In this document: positions 11,893 through 23,419 of the stretch, one piece after another
How positions within the stretch are numbered: position 1 is the first letter of the stretch
Layout of the letters: each line of letters opens with the position of its first letter
DNA from: Narcine bancroftii
Taxonomy: Eukaryota
NCBI RefSeq assembly: GCF_036971445.1
Contig: NC_091478.1
Span: forward strand, 104,842,001 to 104,906,000
Length of the DNA stretch: 64,000 bases
Direction of reading: 5' to 3'
Translations under genes and position numbers: made by a program
The notes under the pieces: model-generated
Database searches by the model: none
Told to the model about the DNA's origin: nothing
Seen by the model: only the letters and a program-made list of their open reading frames with translations

Positions 11893-13866
11893 CTGTTTCC
11901 AGAAGATGTGACGAATTACAATTAACAACAATCGGAAACATGGATGCTTTATTATATCTCCCACAATTTCAACTCTACGTGCACCCTTACAGCACATTAA
12001 CCTTTTTACCGACATAAATCTCTTATCTCATTACATCCTAAAAATTCTGGATTACACAAGGGGTTATGTTTCACTGTGGTATTTTGAGCACTGAGGTTGA
12101 AGCAATAAAACTGCAGTACACAGGCACTTAATTTTTCCTCCTGTAGCAAGCAATATATTCATTATTGAAAAACCAGTCGAGAAATATATATCCTAGAAAG
12201 GAATATTGTTGAAATATGTTCTAAAACATTGAATGGTAAAGTGGATTGGATAATAGATGATTACTGGACCTTCAAATCCAGTCTAGATGCACAGGGTAAG
12301 ACTATTTGTTGCTGGTAAATATCCCATGGCAATGTGCTGGCACAATATTCAGTTGTACAGAATACATGTATGGTCCTTTTAGTTCAGCACTGATTAAATG
12401 AGCAGCTCCAAAGACTATTGGATAGTTGGACCATGTAATGGTAGTGTTGAGCCACAGCATTAGGGCAAAGTCGAACTAGTTTTCAAGGCCTACCTATATA
12501 TGTACAAGGGGCTTGGAATTATTTCACACAGCACATTATTTTGACCAGCTATTCTCACCAGGGGCCATACAGCCCCCTCAGTGGCCACAGTACATTTAAG
12601 GGGACCTCAGATTGAAATCATTAAAAAAAAATTTCTTTTATGCAGTCAGTAGGAGAGAAGCAGGGAAGAAACCAACTAGACTGTTTCACAGGGAAGGGGG
12701 GCCATAATCTTTGAGCAGAATTCAAAGGGACCATAGCCAAAAAAGATTTTTTTCTGGTTGTCACAAAATGCCAATGTGCTCTGTCCTCTGTGTGTTTATT
12801 CATGTAAACACTCAACCACAAAGGTATCAAATGGCATACAACTCATGCTTGGACATAATGAGCAACAAGTAATGAGAGTTTATGTTATAGACATGAGTAC
12901 AATGTATAGATTCACCAAAAATATTACTTGCTGCAGCCAAACAGGTACATGAGATAAAATACCAACTCCAATACAATGCATTAAATTACAACAAAATGCC
13001 AAGGCAGAAAAATAGCTAATAAATTTTAAAGCATAGACAGTTGCATTTAGTGCAAGAAAATAAATGTGACAGCTCAATAGTGCAAAAAGATCATTACTCA
13101 TTTAAAACTTATTTGTACATGTATTGTCTCAGCACACATGAGCATAACCAGATACACAAGGCATATTTCTCTACTAGTTAATTCGAGGCTCGCGTACCAT
13201 ATTCACTGCTATGGAGCTTGGTGTATGTTACCTCTTACTGGTATGTTCCTTTAAAGATTTAAACACATCTCGAATCCAATTCAATCACCCCCCTACCAAA
13301 TCGAAGCCCAAATCTGCTTCAATTCTTCTATCCAATGCTATCAGCTCCAAAAATCTTGACCTGACATGAAGTTTCTATTTCCCCACCACCAACACAATCA
13401 TCACCCCTGAAGAGAACTCTAAGCCTCACTCCTCACGTATCCACAGGGGCTCCTATGGCCTTTTCTAATGCAATCCCCATCCCACCACTTGCATAATACC
13501 CAAATCCCTTTGCTCATTTCATTATGGCAGAGCTCGTGAGGGAAAGGCTTTTGACTAAGTTTTGTTTGTGGGACCATTTCTAATGAAGGTTGAATTTTAC
13601 TATCATTGCATTCTATTGCATAATGTAGAGATGAAAGTCTAATTTGCTGCAGTGTCTCTGGTACATAAAACACACAACACATAAATAGAGAGAAAGAAGG
13701 TAATAATCCACATAATGACATAGGCATCTAGGCAAGTCCTTGGTAAATGGTATACCTCTCAAAAGTTAAGATAATGTTGGCCTAACTATTCAAAATTTGT
13801 ATCTTGGACATTATAGAAGTTTGAAACAAAAATTAAATCATAACACAGGAGTGATGTTGCAGGTAA

Positions 13867-14689
13867 CATTGGACAACAATTTTTTTCAAAAGGTTTGCTT
13901 CCTGAAAAAAAAATTAAGGATTATGATAGACAACTTTAAGCTGAATACAAAGATAATTTCAGATTTTCTGTCTCATGTAGGAAGTTGGAGAAACATTAGA
14001 CATTTTATTGAATTTAGCATGTTTAATCACATAATGATGGTAACTCATTGTGTTAGTTCAACTGACCTAAAAATGTTTTGTCACTGATTTCATTTGTACT
14101 CAGCATCTGATGCCTCTCATTCAGTGTCCAACAATAGTCGCCCAACATTCATGGATTAATTGCCCTGGGGTGGCACGGTTGGGCAGAGCGGTTAGTGCAA
14201 CACCTTTACAGCGCCAGCGATCAGGATCAAGATTCGAATCCTGCGCTATCTGCATGGGTTTTCTCCAGGGCTCCGGTTTCCTCCCAAAGTTCAAAAAGTA
14301 CCAGGGGTGTAGGTTAATTGGGTGTAAATTAGGCAGCATGGACTCGTGGGCTTGCTACCGTGCTGTAGGTCTACATTTAATAAATTTGATACTGCTTCTC
14401 CATGGTCGCAATGTCCTGTGAAACCTTTCACTGTGTTCATCACTGGCTGCACCAAGGTCAGCAGGGAAGAAACCCAAGTGTGAATGCAGAAAATGAATTT
14501 TCAGTGACATGTGGCATTTCATGGTTTTGTATGCTTGAAGTGGACTTAGAATAGGACAGGAAATCAAAAAAAAGGTTAAATCTAAAAATGCTACGTGATA
14601 GGAAAAATTTAAGGTTTTATTAATCCTGACCATTAGTAGCACACAAATATCCAAAAGTGTTCAAGAAGCAAAATCTTTGTTGTCCAGTG
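13867..14689 (-). mobile_element. Internally deleted Chapaev3-like DNA transposon
   Basis: Termini CATTGGACAAC / GTTGTCCAGTG with TAA target duplication; transposase remnant MSLKIHFLHSHLGFFPADLGAASDEHSERFH.DIATMEKQYQG...LGDYCWTL. Confidence 0.75.
14165..14387 (+). mobile_element. tRNA-derived V-SINE (HE1-like) nested in the Chapaev element
   Basis: A box GGCACGGTTGG..AGCGGTTAG, B box ATTCGAATC, V-domain ttctccagggctccggtttcctccca, AT-rich tail; splits the YQG codons of the host element. Confidence 0.8.
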
Positions 14690-14769
14690 TAATTGGTACA
14701 AAAAAACTTAACGTATTACTTGGAACTGGCCACTTGACATGTGAGTGATCAAGGCCCCCAATTGTAAAC

Positions 14770-17015
14770 CTTTTTTAAATATATAAAGAGTAAAAGATTG
14801 ACTAAAGTAGACAAGGACTAATAGAAAACAGTCCTGGAGAAATTGTAATGGGAGACAAGGAGATGGCTGAGGAATTGAATGAATATTTTGGATTAGTTTT
14901 CACTGTAGAAGATACTAGTAGCATACTGAACTCTCATGGGTCTCTGGGAAGAGAAGTGAGTGCAGTCAAGATCATGAGATAGAAGGTTCTTGGGAGGTTA
15001 AATGGTCTAAGGGTAGATAAGGCTCCAGGACCGCATGAAATGCACCCTCACATTCTGAAGGAGGTACCTGTAAAGATTGTGGAACCATTAGTAATAATCT
15101 TTCAGTAATCAATTGATTCTGGCATAGTTCCGGTGGACTAGATGATCGTGAATGTCATTCCACTGTTTAATAAGGGAGTGATGCATCAGAATGGAAGTTG
15201 TAGACCAATTTGCTGGACGTCAATGGATGGGAAGGTGTTGTAGTCAATTGTCAGCATGGTTTCCTTAAAGGAAAATCATGCCTGGCAAACTTATTGGAAT
15301 TTTTTTGAAGAGATCACAAGTAGGACAGACAGGGGAGATGCAATAGATGTTGTGAATTTGGACTTTCAAAAGGTTTTTGACAAGGTGCCACACGAGGCTG
15401 CTAAACAAGATGAGAGTTCATGGAATTACAGAGAATAGTAGGATGGGTAGAGCATTGGTTAATAGGCGGGAAACAGAGAGTGAGAATAAAGAGATCCTAT
15501 TCTGATTGGCTACCAGTTACCAGTGGTGTTCCGCAGGGGTCAGTGTTGGACCACTTCTTTTTCAATGATTTGGATTATAGAATAGATGGTTTTTTGTCTA
15601 AAATTGCAGACGATACCAAAATACATGGTAGGGCTGTGCTGAGGATAAAGAGAGAGGCTGCAGAGAGACTTGGATAGATTTGAAGAATGGGCAAAGATGA
15701 AATACAATGTTGGAAAGTGTACGGATATACACTTTGGTAGAAGAAATAGATGGGCAGACTATTATTTAGATAGGAAGAAAATTCAAAATTTGGAGGTGCA
15801 AAGAGATTTGGGAGTTCGCGGTCAGCATACCCGAAAGGTTAACCTCCAGGATGAGTTGGTAGAGAAGGCGGCGAATGCAATGTTGGCACTCATTTCCGGA
15901 GGAATAGCGTACAAGATCAGGGATGTAATGTTGAAACTCTATAGGGCACTATAAACCTCCCTTAGAGTACTGTGTACAGTTTTGAGCACTTTATTTGAGA
16001 AGAGACGTGCTGTCATAAGAGAGTTCAGAGAAGATTTAATAAAATGATACCAGAAATGAAAGGGTTAGCATATGAGAGACATTTGTTGGCTCTTGGACCG
16101 TACTCATTGGAGTGCAGAAGGATGAGGGCACACCTCAGAGGCATTTTGAACAGAGATGTGGCAAGGATTTTCCCATGGTAGGGGAGTCAAGAACAAGGTA
16201 CAACTTCAGGATAAAAGGGTGTCAATTTAAAATACAGATGAGGAAAAATTTCTTTAGGATTGTAAGTCTGTGGAATTTGTTGCCACAGGCAGCTGTGGAA
16301 GTGAGGATGGGTGTATTTAAGGCAGAGATTGACAGATACAGTATACTCCTATTATCTGAGATGGTCGGGACTAGGCCTATTTCAGATAAACAATATTTTT
16401 GGATGACTGGTCATTTTTTAAAAATAGCCCAGTAGCAACAGCAAATCACTTGTAACAGGGTTTAAACAACAACAAACAATAAGGGAAGGCTTTTAAAGCA
16501 CGAAATAACATTTAATTTTCACCAAAAAACAACCTGAGCAAAATAAGATAAATCATACGTCAAAAACTTGAAATTCTACTCAGAGGTTTTTCCAAAATTC
16601 AAAAATTTTTTCAATCTGTGATGTCAGTTCGGCTCTGAAAATATTTTGGATAACTGAGGATTTCTGATTGTTTCAGATATCCTCATTTATCCAATATTTT
16701 TCGGAGGCAAAATTATGCCATTTCAGGTTCAAAATTTTTCAGATAAATTTGGATTTCTGATTTTTCTGAAATCCTCAATTGTCTGAAAAATATTTCGGAG
16801 CCAAACAGAAAATTTAGGATAACTGAGGATTTCATAATCCAATTTTGTATTATCAGAGTTTTACTCTATTTGATAAGTCAGGGCATCAGGGGTTACAGGG
16901 AGAAAGCCAAGGGGAGGGGCTGAGTGGGAGGATGTATCAGCTCATGATTAGAATGGTGGAGCAGTCGAGATGAGCCAATGGGGCTCCTTCTGCTCCAATA
17001 TCTTGTGATCTTGTA
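14770..17015 (+). mobile_element. CR1 LINE interrupted by a MITE
   Basis: LDFQKVFDKVPH, SGVPQGSVL, ADDTK motifs and CR1 3'UTR; the sequence resumes at 16867. Confidence 0.9.
16339..16866. mobile_element. Tc1/mariner (Tigger/pogo-like) MITE
   Basis: TA duplication (gacagaTA|...|TAtttgataag restores the CR1); termini CAGTATACTCC / GAGTTTTACTC; internal inverted repeats ~16624-16810. Confidence 0.8.
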
Positions 17016-17307
17016 AACATAAAATCATCAATTACAGTGTTAAATTAAAAATAAACTTTTCTCTCAGTCCTCACTTTTTGTTGCAAATACTTAGTTAGAG
17101 TTAACAAAACATTCCATTGGCCACATAGCCTTTGATTACTTTTCACTACCATTTGATCATTTAGTCAATCTGCAGAGTGCACATGGTCAACAAATTCCCG
17201 TTCAGTCTGCTTGAAGCACTGTTCTGAGCACATCAGGCAAAGCTTGCTCATCATCCACTGTGTTTAGAATTCCCTATAATGAATCTAAAGAACTGAGAAT
17301 GCATTAC

Positions 17308-17411
17308 CTTGAAATTAGGAATTCTGTGATGAACTGGTCTTGGGAAGTTTGCCAAATTGTTTTTCTCCATGTAATCCCAAACCTTCTGCCGAATGTCCCA
17401 TTTAGTAACAC
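17308..17411 (-). CDS. MTHFSD: MTHFSD coding exon (G)[34 protein letters not shown]
   Basis: 104-nt exon bounded by tttcttctaAG and GTAATG; [13 protein letters not shown] is the MTHFSD/COG0212 signature. Confidence 0.95.
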
Positions 17412-18083
17412 CTTAGAAGAAATTAAAAAATTCTTAGTCCAAATTTATAAAGGACTTATTTCCAAAACTAGCATTTTTACTTGACCGTGAAAGCCAATCA
17501 GACCATAACTAATGCAATTGTTAAAGTTACAATCTCTCGAATTTTATTGAAGTGAGAATTAAAATATTAAATAAAATCCCACTATATTTCCCAGCTCTGT
17601 AGGTGTGACAACTAGGCATTTATATATTTGTGACTGATGCGCTCTTTCCCAATATCATTCCATCTGCAATGGTATTTCTGAGTTTAATTTTTTAAGATTC
17701 TTTCATCACACATTTAATATCAAACCACATACCAATGAAAACGCTGCAACCTTTTGAAGGCTTTCAAACCACAACAATTTATATTTTTAGTACAACTTGC
17801 TACCATCCACACGCTTTGATTGAAGACCTAGTCATGCACTCGGGCATAATTCTCAATTAGTGGTGCACAATGGTAGCTTGCTGTTGAAGAATTAGAAGCA
17901 ATGATCTCTTCCTTACTGAAAATTCCTCTTCAAGATTTGTTTTACCTGGAAACCTTTTCTAGCAGCTGATGATCTTCCCATGTTCTTTCACTTGGAAAAA
18001 CAATTCTTTTTGGCACTCATTCTCTTGTTTCCCCTGCCTTTTTTCACTTCCTTTGTATTGTCAAATCTATTTCACTTTGAACT

Positions 18084-18237
18084 AGGCGCCTGCAAGCTCA
18101 CACCAAGACACAAGAGAAACTTGTCCGTGAACTACTCTTTGCAGATGATGCCGCTTTAGTTGCCCATTCAGAGCCAGCTCTTCAGCGCTTGACGTCCTGC
18201 TTTGCGGAAACTGCCAAAATGTTTGGCCTGGAAGTCA
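18084..18237 (+). mobile_element. Young RTE-clade LINE RT fragment running into an assembly gap
   Basis: Open frame RRLQAHTKTQEKLVRELLFADDAALVAHSEPALQRLTSCFAETAKMFGLEV with the FADD motif; CpGs retained. Confidence 0.85.
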
Positions 18238-18437
18238 NNNNNNNNNNNNNNNNNNNNNNNNNNNNNNNNNNNNNNNNNNNNNNNNNNNNNNNNNNNNNNN
18301 NNNNNNNNNNNNNNNNNNNNNNNNNNNNNNNNNNNNNNNNNNNNNNNNNNNNNNNNNNNNNNNNNNNNNNNNNNNNNNNNNNNNNNNNNNNNNNNNNNNN
18401 NNNNNNNNNNNNNNNNNNNNNNNNNNNNNNNNNNNNN
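18238..18437. other. Assembly gap, 200 N (placeholder size)
   Basis: Run of N. Confidence 1.
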
Positions 18438-18667
18438 TGAACAGGCTTGAGGGCCAAGTGATCGACTTAAACTCCTAACTAATGTGACTTGTGTGCCTAT
18501 AGATTATGTCCAAAAACCTTTGGGTCTGACATTTCTCATTCCTCCCCACCCCAGTTGCTCAGGGTAAGAGGTTAATGGCATGAGAGCATGCACCAGCGAC
18601 TCTACAAGTTCACTATCCATCAATCTTAGCATAATATGTACTTGCGATTCAGGTGTGCATCACTTGC

Positions 18668-18689
18668 CTGGTTTATGTACTGGTTCCAT
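18668..18689 (-). CDS. MTHFSD: MTHFSD first coding segment MEPVHKP(G); exon probably spans 18668-18767 including 5'UTR
   Basis: Minus strand ATG GAA CCA GTA CAT AAA CCA G|GCAAGT. The phase-1 end matches the next exon (GT GTT ACT AAA), the MEP start resembles vertebrate MTHFSD, and a long polypyrimidine tract plus CAG acceptor ends at 18768. Confidence 0.75.
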
Positions 18690-18889
18690 TTCAGGAGTAT
18701 AGATTTTCCATTGAGAAGCAAAGAATTATTAAAAGTAAATGATCACATCTGGGAACACCTGTTTTTCCTGCCAAAAAATAGCAATAGAGGGAGCGCAAAA
18801 GAGATTAACCGGGATGTTGCCTGGAGTAGTACTCCTGTTAGTTGCCTGGAGTAGTTACAAGTTTGATAGACAAGGGCTGCATTCTTAGC

Positions 18890-19515
18890 CCTCTGCTCTG
18901 GATGCTTTACACCTATGACTGTATGGTTTGATATGACAACACCATTTACAAACTCACTGCCAATACCAAGGTAGTGGGTTGTTTAAAAAGGGGTGATGAG
19001 CCAGCATACAGGAACGACATTGAAAACGTGGCCAAATGGTGCACCTCATTCAATGTCAGAAAAACCAAGAAGCTGAATGTTGACTTCAGGAAGGGAAAGC
19101 CAGATGTGTACAATCCAGTGATCATTGAATGAATCAGAGGTGAAGAGGGTGAGCAAATTTAAGATGATCTTGGAGGATCTTTCCTGGACCCAACACACTA
19201 ATGGCATCATGAAGAAAGCACGTCAGCCACAGAGGAGGTGGTAGTGGCAGATACACTGCAGTGGATCAGATGTGGAGAGGGTGAGTGAATTTAAATTCCT
19301 GGGAGTTACTAATTTGGAGGACCCATCATACTAATCTCATTGTGAAGAAAGCACGTCAGCGCCACTACTTCCTCAGGCTTTTGAAGAAGTTTGATATATC
19401 TTCCAAAACCTTCACAAACCTTTAGTGTAGTGGAATGTGTAGTGATGGGCTGCATCATGGCCACCAATGCATATGAGCAGAAAGCCTGGCAAAAGGTAGT
19501 AGACACAGTCCAGAT
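18890..19515 (+). mobile_element. Decayed Rex1/Babar LINE fragment
   Basis: YTYDC..., TKVVG...DEPAYR, ..WC, KTKKL.VDFRK, FKFLGV remnants; ends at the LTR. Confidence 0.7.
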
Positions 19516-19519
19516 AATC

Positions 19520-21960
19520 TGTTTTATGTGGGTTGTGGAGAAACATGTGGCCTCCCTGCCTGTCTAGAATATTGTGGATTATGGATGGTCATGTGTCCTC
19601 CCCATCTGAAACTTATTCGGAAGTCACATCACCTGTCAAGGTTGGACACCAGCTACCCATTAGTACAGACCTTGTCGTTGGCTCATTTAAATTACTTATG
19701 GTTATCATTGGGTAGACGCTCAGCTCAGAAATGTATAAAACATCAACGCATAGCACACTCTTTCTCTCTGCCTCATGGTCCAGTCCCATACATCACTCCA
19801 TGCCAGATTGCTACTATGGACATTGCTGGAAGCGTCACGGGTAAGATGTGCTCTACACTTAAGCTGAGCTGTAGTACTGCGATAGATTCGTGCTCCCAGA
19901 AAGCCCACCCCCCTCTCCACCCCCACATTGGTATAGTGAACCGGGAGTGTGCGTTTAAGTCCCTGTCCTGTTAGACTGTGTAGAGTGTGTTAGTAACTGT
20001 ATCTTACTTAATGCTGAGCCACACCCCAAGGTACAGGGATCGGGAGTGTTTGCCGAAGCCCTTATTTTACTAGAGTGTGTTCGTAACCATATACTGTATT
20101 ACTTCACCCTGAACTGCACCATGAAGTCCAGAAATTGGGAGTGTCTCCTGAAGTCCCTGTCTGTGAGTGTGTATACGTGCAGATGCGTGTAGAAGATAGG
20201 TGGCCACTGGTATCAGAGTCCAACGTGCATCTGATTTGAATGTCCATTGTAGTTGTTTAGTAGTAGAGTAATTAAGAATTGTTTGACCTTCTCCCCTGTT
20301 TGTCTCCTGAGTGTTCAATAAAGTTACCTGTGATTGTAGTACTTGTGTCCAGACTTGTCTCTCTGTGAACCCACTGAACCTGATTCTCATCCCAGCATGA
20401 CAATTGGCGCTGCCGCTGTGAGCAGGGTTCAGAGAGTTTTGGCTGGACAAATGTGGACACACTAACCATGTGGAAGATTGTACTAATGAGTGTGTGTGTG
20501 TGAGTGTCCTGTCAGGTGCATGCATTATTTCTGTACCTGCTCACCAACGGAGGCAGCAGGAGGTGACCCACATATAGGAAAGGAACCCCAGGATCAGAAT
20601 ATAAAATTCCTGGGTAGACCGACGAACGTCAGGTGTTCAGCCATTCGAGGAATGCTGGATTGACAGGCTGGACCCCCATGGAGAGAAGGTATGGAACCAT
20701 ATGGTCTCCCAAGTGAATCGGGATTTCCTGAGGCCAGGGGGAGTCAAGGGGAGCCCTATGGTTACGATATCCCTGCATAGTGAGGTATCATGTCTGATTT
20801 AAGTAATCAGGGTGCCCAGAAGGATAGGGAGATAGAATCCCTGAGGCATCACTGTTGTGCGCTACAGCAGGCAGAACAGGCTGCCCTAGTGTGAGCGACC
20901 AACCCAGAAATGAAAGTCATAAAGGCAGCTTCCAAGCTGATTGAAATGCAGCACTGGTCTGGCTGGCAAAGTCCAAGCCATTGTCCAGCAGGGGGGAAGG
21001 GGATTGACACCTGGTTGGGGCTGGGTCGTGAATGGATGGTGATACTATGAAGAAATTGAGTCCTATGACACATGACCTTCCCCCTCTGTGCTTGAGCCTT
21101 TGCAAGTCCAAACAGTGACCACACAGTCCCAAGTCTGCCACGAGGGCACCGGCCAAATTGGGGAGGCAGCTGAAAATGGGAGTCCCAGAGCGGGTATGTA
21201 TGTGGTCACTGTGAGATAATAGAGACCCAGGACTACTCTGCCAAGGAGGTAACTGGGCTAGGGGACCGATACCACCAGCGGATGGGCGTACACCTAGCCA
21301 TGCCATTGCCTCGGTTGTAGGATGAGGGGACCTCCAATATCAGCCTCTCTCATTGGGAAGTGAGTTCCCTGGGCAGCCTGTCTGAACATCAGACAATTGC
21401 CAACACCTCGTGGGTGATGCCAGAAGGAGTCGATGATGGCACCACCCGGAAGGAACAGGTGGTGGCTGCAGTCTGGGCCAGGTTCCTAGATTTGGGCCTA
21501 TATGGCCGGTTAGAGTGGCACACAGCTGGCATGGGGACATGGGTTTTTAGGGAGTGGGCACTAATCGTGGGTATCTATGGGGGTGCCCGCGAGCACCACT
21601 TCCCAGGGAGCATGAAAGTGACTGGTGTCTTGGCAGGCTGTTTAGTCACCATCACACATGCTGACTCTAGAGGGGTGGTCTTGCTCCTCATGGGAATGGC
21701 AACCAGGAAAACCATCCAGGAAGCCATGACCCTCCTGAAGGGATCAGCGTACACAGAGCAGGGAGCACTCGCTCAAGTTTGCAGGGCTGAGGCGAAGTTT
21801 GGTGACGTCACTCTACCGATGACTCTGGAGAGAACATAGTGGGGGGAAGGCCCAAGGGGGTAGAGCATTCCGTGCATCGATTGGACCAACCTCACCTCTG
21901 GTCCTCCCCCAACCTTAGGAGTCCCCTTGTGAGCTCTTCCTGCGGAGAGCACTTCACCAG
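19520..21960 (+). mobile_element. Gypsy-type LTR retrotransposon remnant: 5' LTR 19520-20402, PBS 20405-20430, decayed gag/protease-like region
   Basis: TG...CA LTR with AATAAA at 20317. PBS TGGCGCTG(CCGCTG)TGAGCAGGGTTC matches the tRNA-Ser(CGA) 3' end as recalled. GC-rich internal region with VDDGTT resembling a protease D-T/S-G site. Confidence 0.75.
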
Positions 21961-22551
21961 ATAGTACACAGCAGAGTCCATCTCTCAGACAGATGAGAAG
22001 CAGACATTTTTTCTTGTTTGTGTGAATGGAGTTAGCATTCCAAAGAATGAAGAATAATTAATTTGTACCACAGAAATAAGATAGATGATTTCAAGGCTTT
22101 ACATCAAGCTGTTGTTCATCAGTTTGAATGAGAAAATGATTGAACTGGTTGATCCAGAAGTGCATGTGATGCAAAGTTCAGTGCTGAGTGATATTACTAA
22201 ATGAAAAACCAAGGCAAGACAGTTTAAAAAATAAACTTTAAAGGGTGATTTTTCCTTACCTACTCATACCACGGTTAATGAAGTTAATTCTTGCAAAGAT
22301 AATACTATCGTTGAAAACTCATTTAAGTAGTTGAAAGAAAGATGGAAACAATTATCCAGGGAAATCTAATATATTATTTGCATGCAAGGTTTAATTGCTA
22401 CCTCCTGCAAGGTGAAGAAAGACAAAATCCAGGTCCTCGCTCCAAAAATAAGAAACTAAATTATTTTCATACCTGTGCCCAAGTGCTATTCCGATGAGGT
22501 GATGCCTGCTCTGAGAAGCTGGGAAAATTGCTGGGATGCTACATTCTTTTT

Positions 22552-23350
22552 AAAAATGGTGGCGCTGCGGGAACTGTTCTAACGGCAGTACTGCCACTGG
22601 TGCAGACCTGAGGAGAGCTAGGAGTGGAGACAGAGCACTCCCCTGCTGGGTCCTACTGCCCAGGACACCGGCTTCTGGCTCTGTACAAACTTTAAGCGGC
22701 CATTTAAAGGAGCCGACAGTGTTGTATTTAAAATGATGCAACTCCAGGATCTTGGCCCGAGATGGCAGCACCTGTGTTCAGCAGTAGCCAGGATGGGTTC
22801 CAGACTCCAGGGGAGCAGCCCAGAAACTGGGAGAACATCTTCCCTTGGAGAAGCAGAAGAGATGATCGGAAGGATTGTGATCATGGTGGCTCTGCCGCAG
22901 AAGGACCCACACCGGTAGCGGGCTATTGGGAACTTGCAGGTGAGCAACTGACACAGACTGTAAGCTGCTGTCGACGAGGCCAAAGGACTCACACCAGGCT
23001 GTGGGCTGCTAGAGACTGGCTCAGAACCAGGGATCAAAACCAGGATTCTGGAGGGTGCTGAGGGCAAGGAGGGCTCTTGAAAGGCCTATGGGCATTGAAG
23101 TCCTCATCGTGTCAGATCTGGACTCAGGTTACTGATGATTTGAACTGAACTGGAGTCTTGAGTGGCTGCACTGGAGGCAAAACCATGGCCAGTGACCTGT
23201 GGGGATTCTTCTGCTTCCCTTTCTCTGACTGTAAGGATTGATGCACAATGACAATGGTGAATCTTTGACTGCTTTATAGCAGACTCAGGCAATTTCATTC
23301 AATACGACCTTTCTGTTTTGTGATACGTCGATAAATCATATCTGATCTGA
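22552..23350 (+). mobile_element. Non-autonomous retroelement with Rex1-like 3' tail
   Basis: AAAATGGTGGCG 5' start, GC-rich body, tail atggtgaatctttg...gataaatcatatctgatctga; related tails on the - strand near 690-790 and 33605-33700. Confidence 0.45.
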
Positions 23351-23419
23351 TACGAATTATATGAGTACATGTTATGGAAGAATTCAGTGAGCACTGGGAT
23401 TTCAAAGACAAACCAAAAA

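Noticed and set aside
14165-14245. tRNA gene
   Set aside because: A and B boxes are present, but it continues into a V-domain and tail and recurs at 36603 and 38250, so it is a SINE head.
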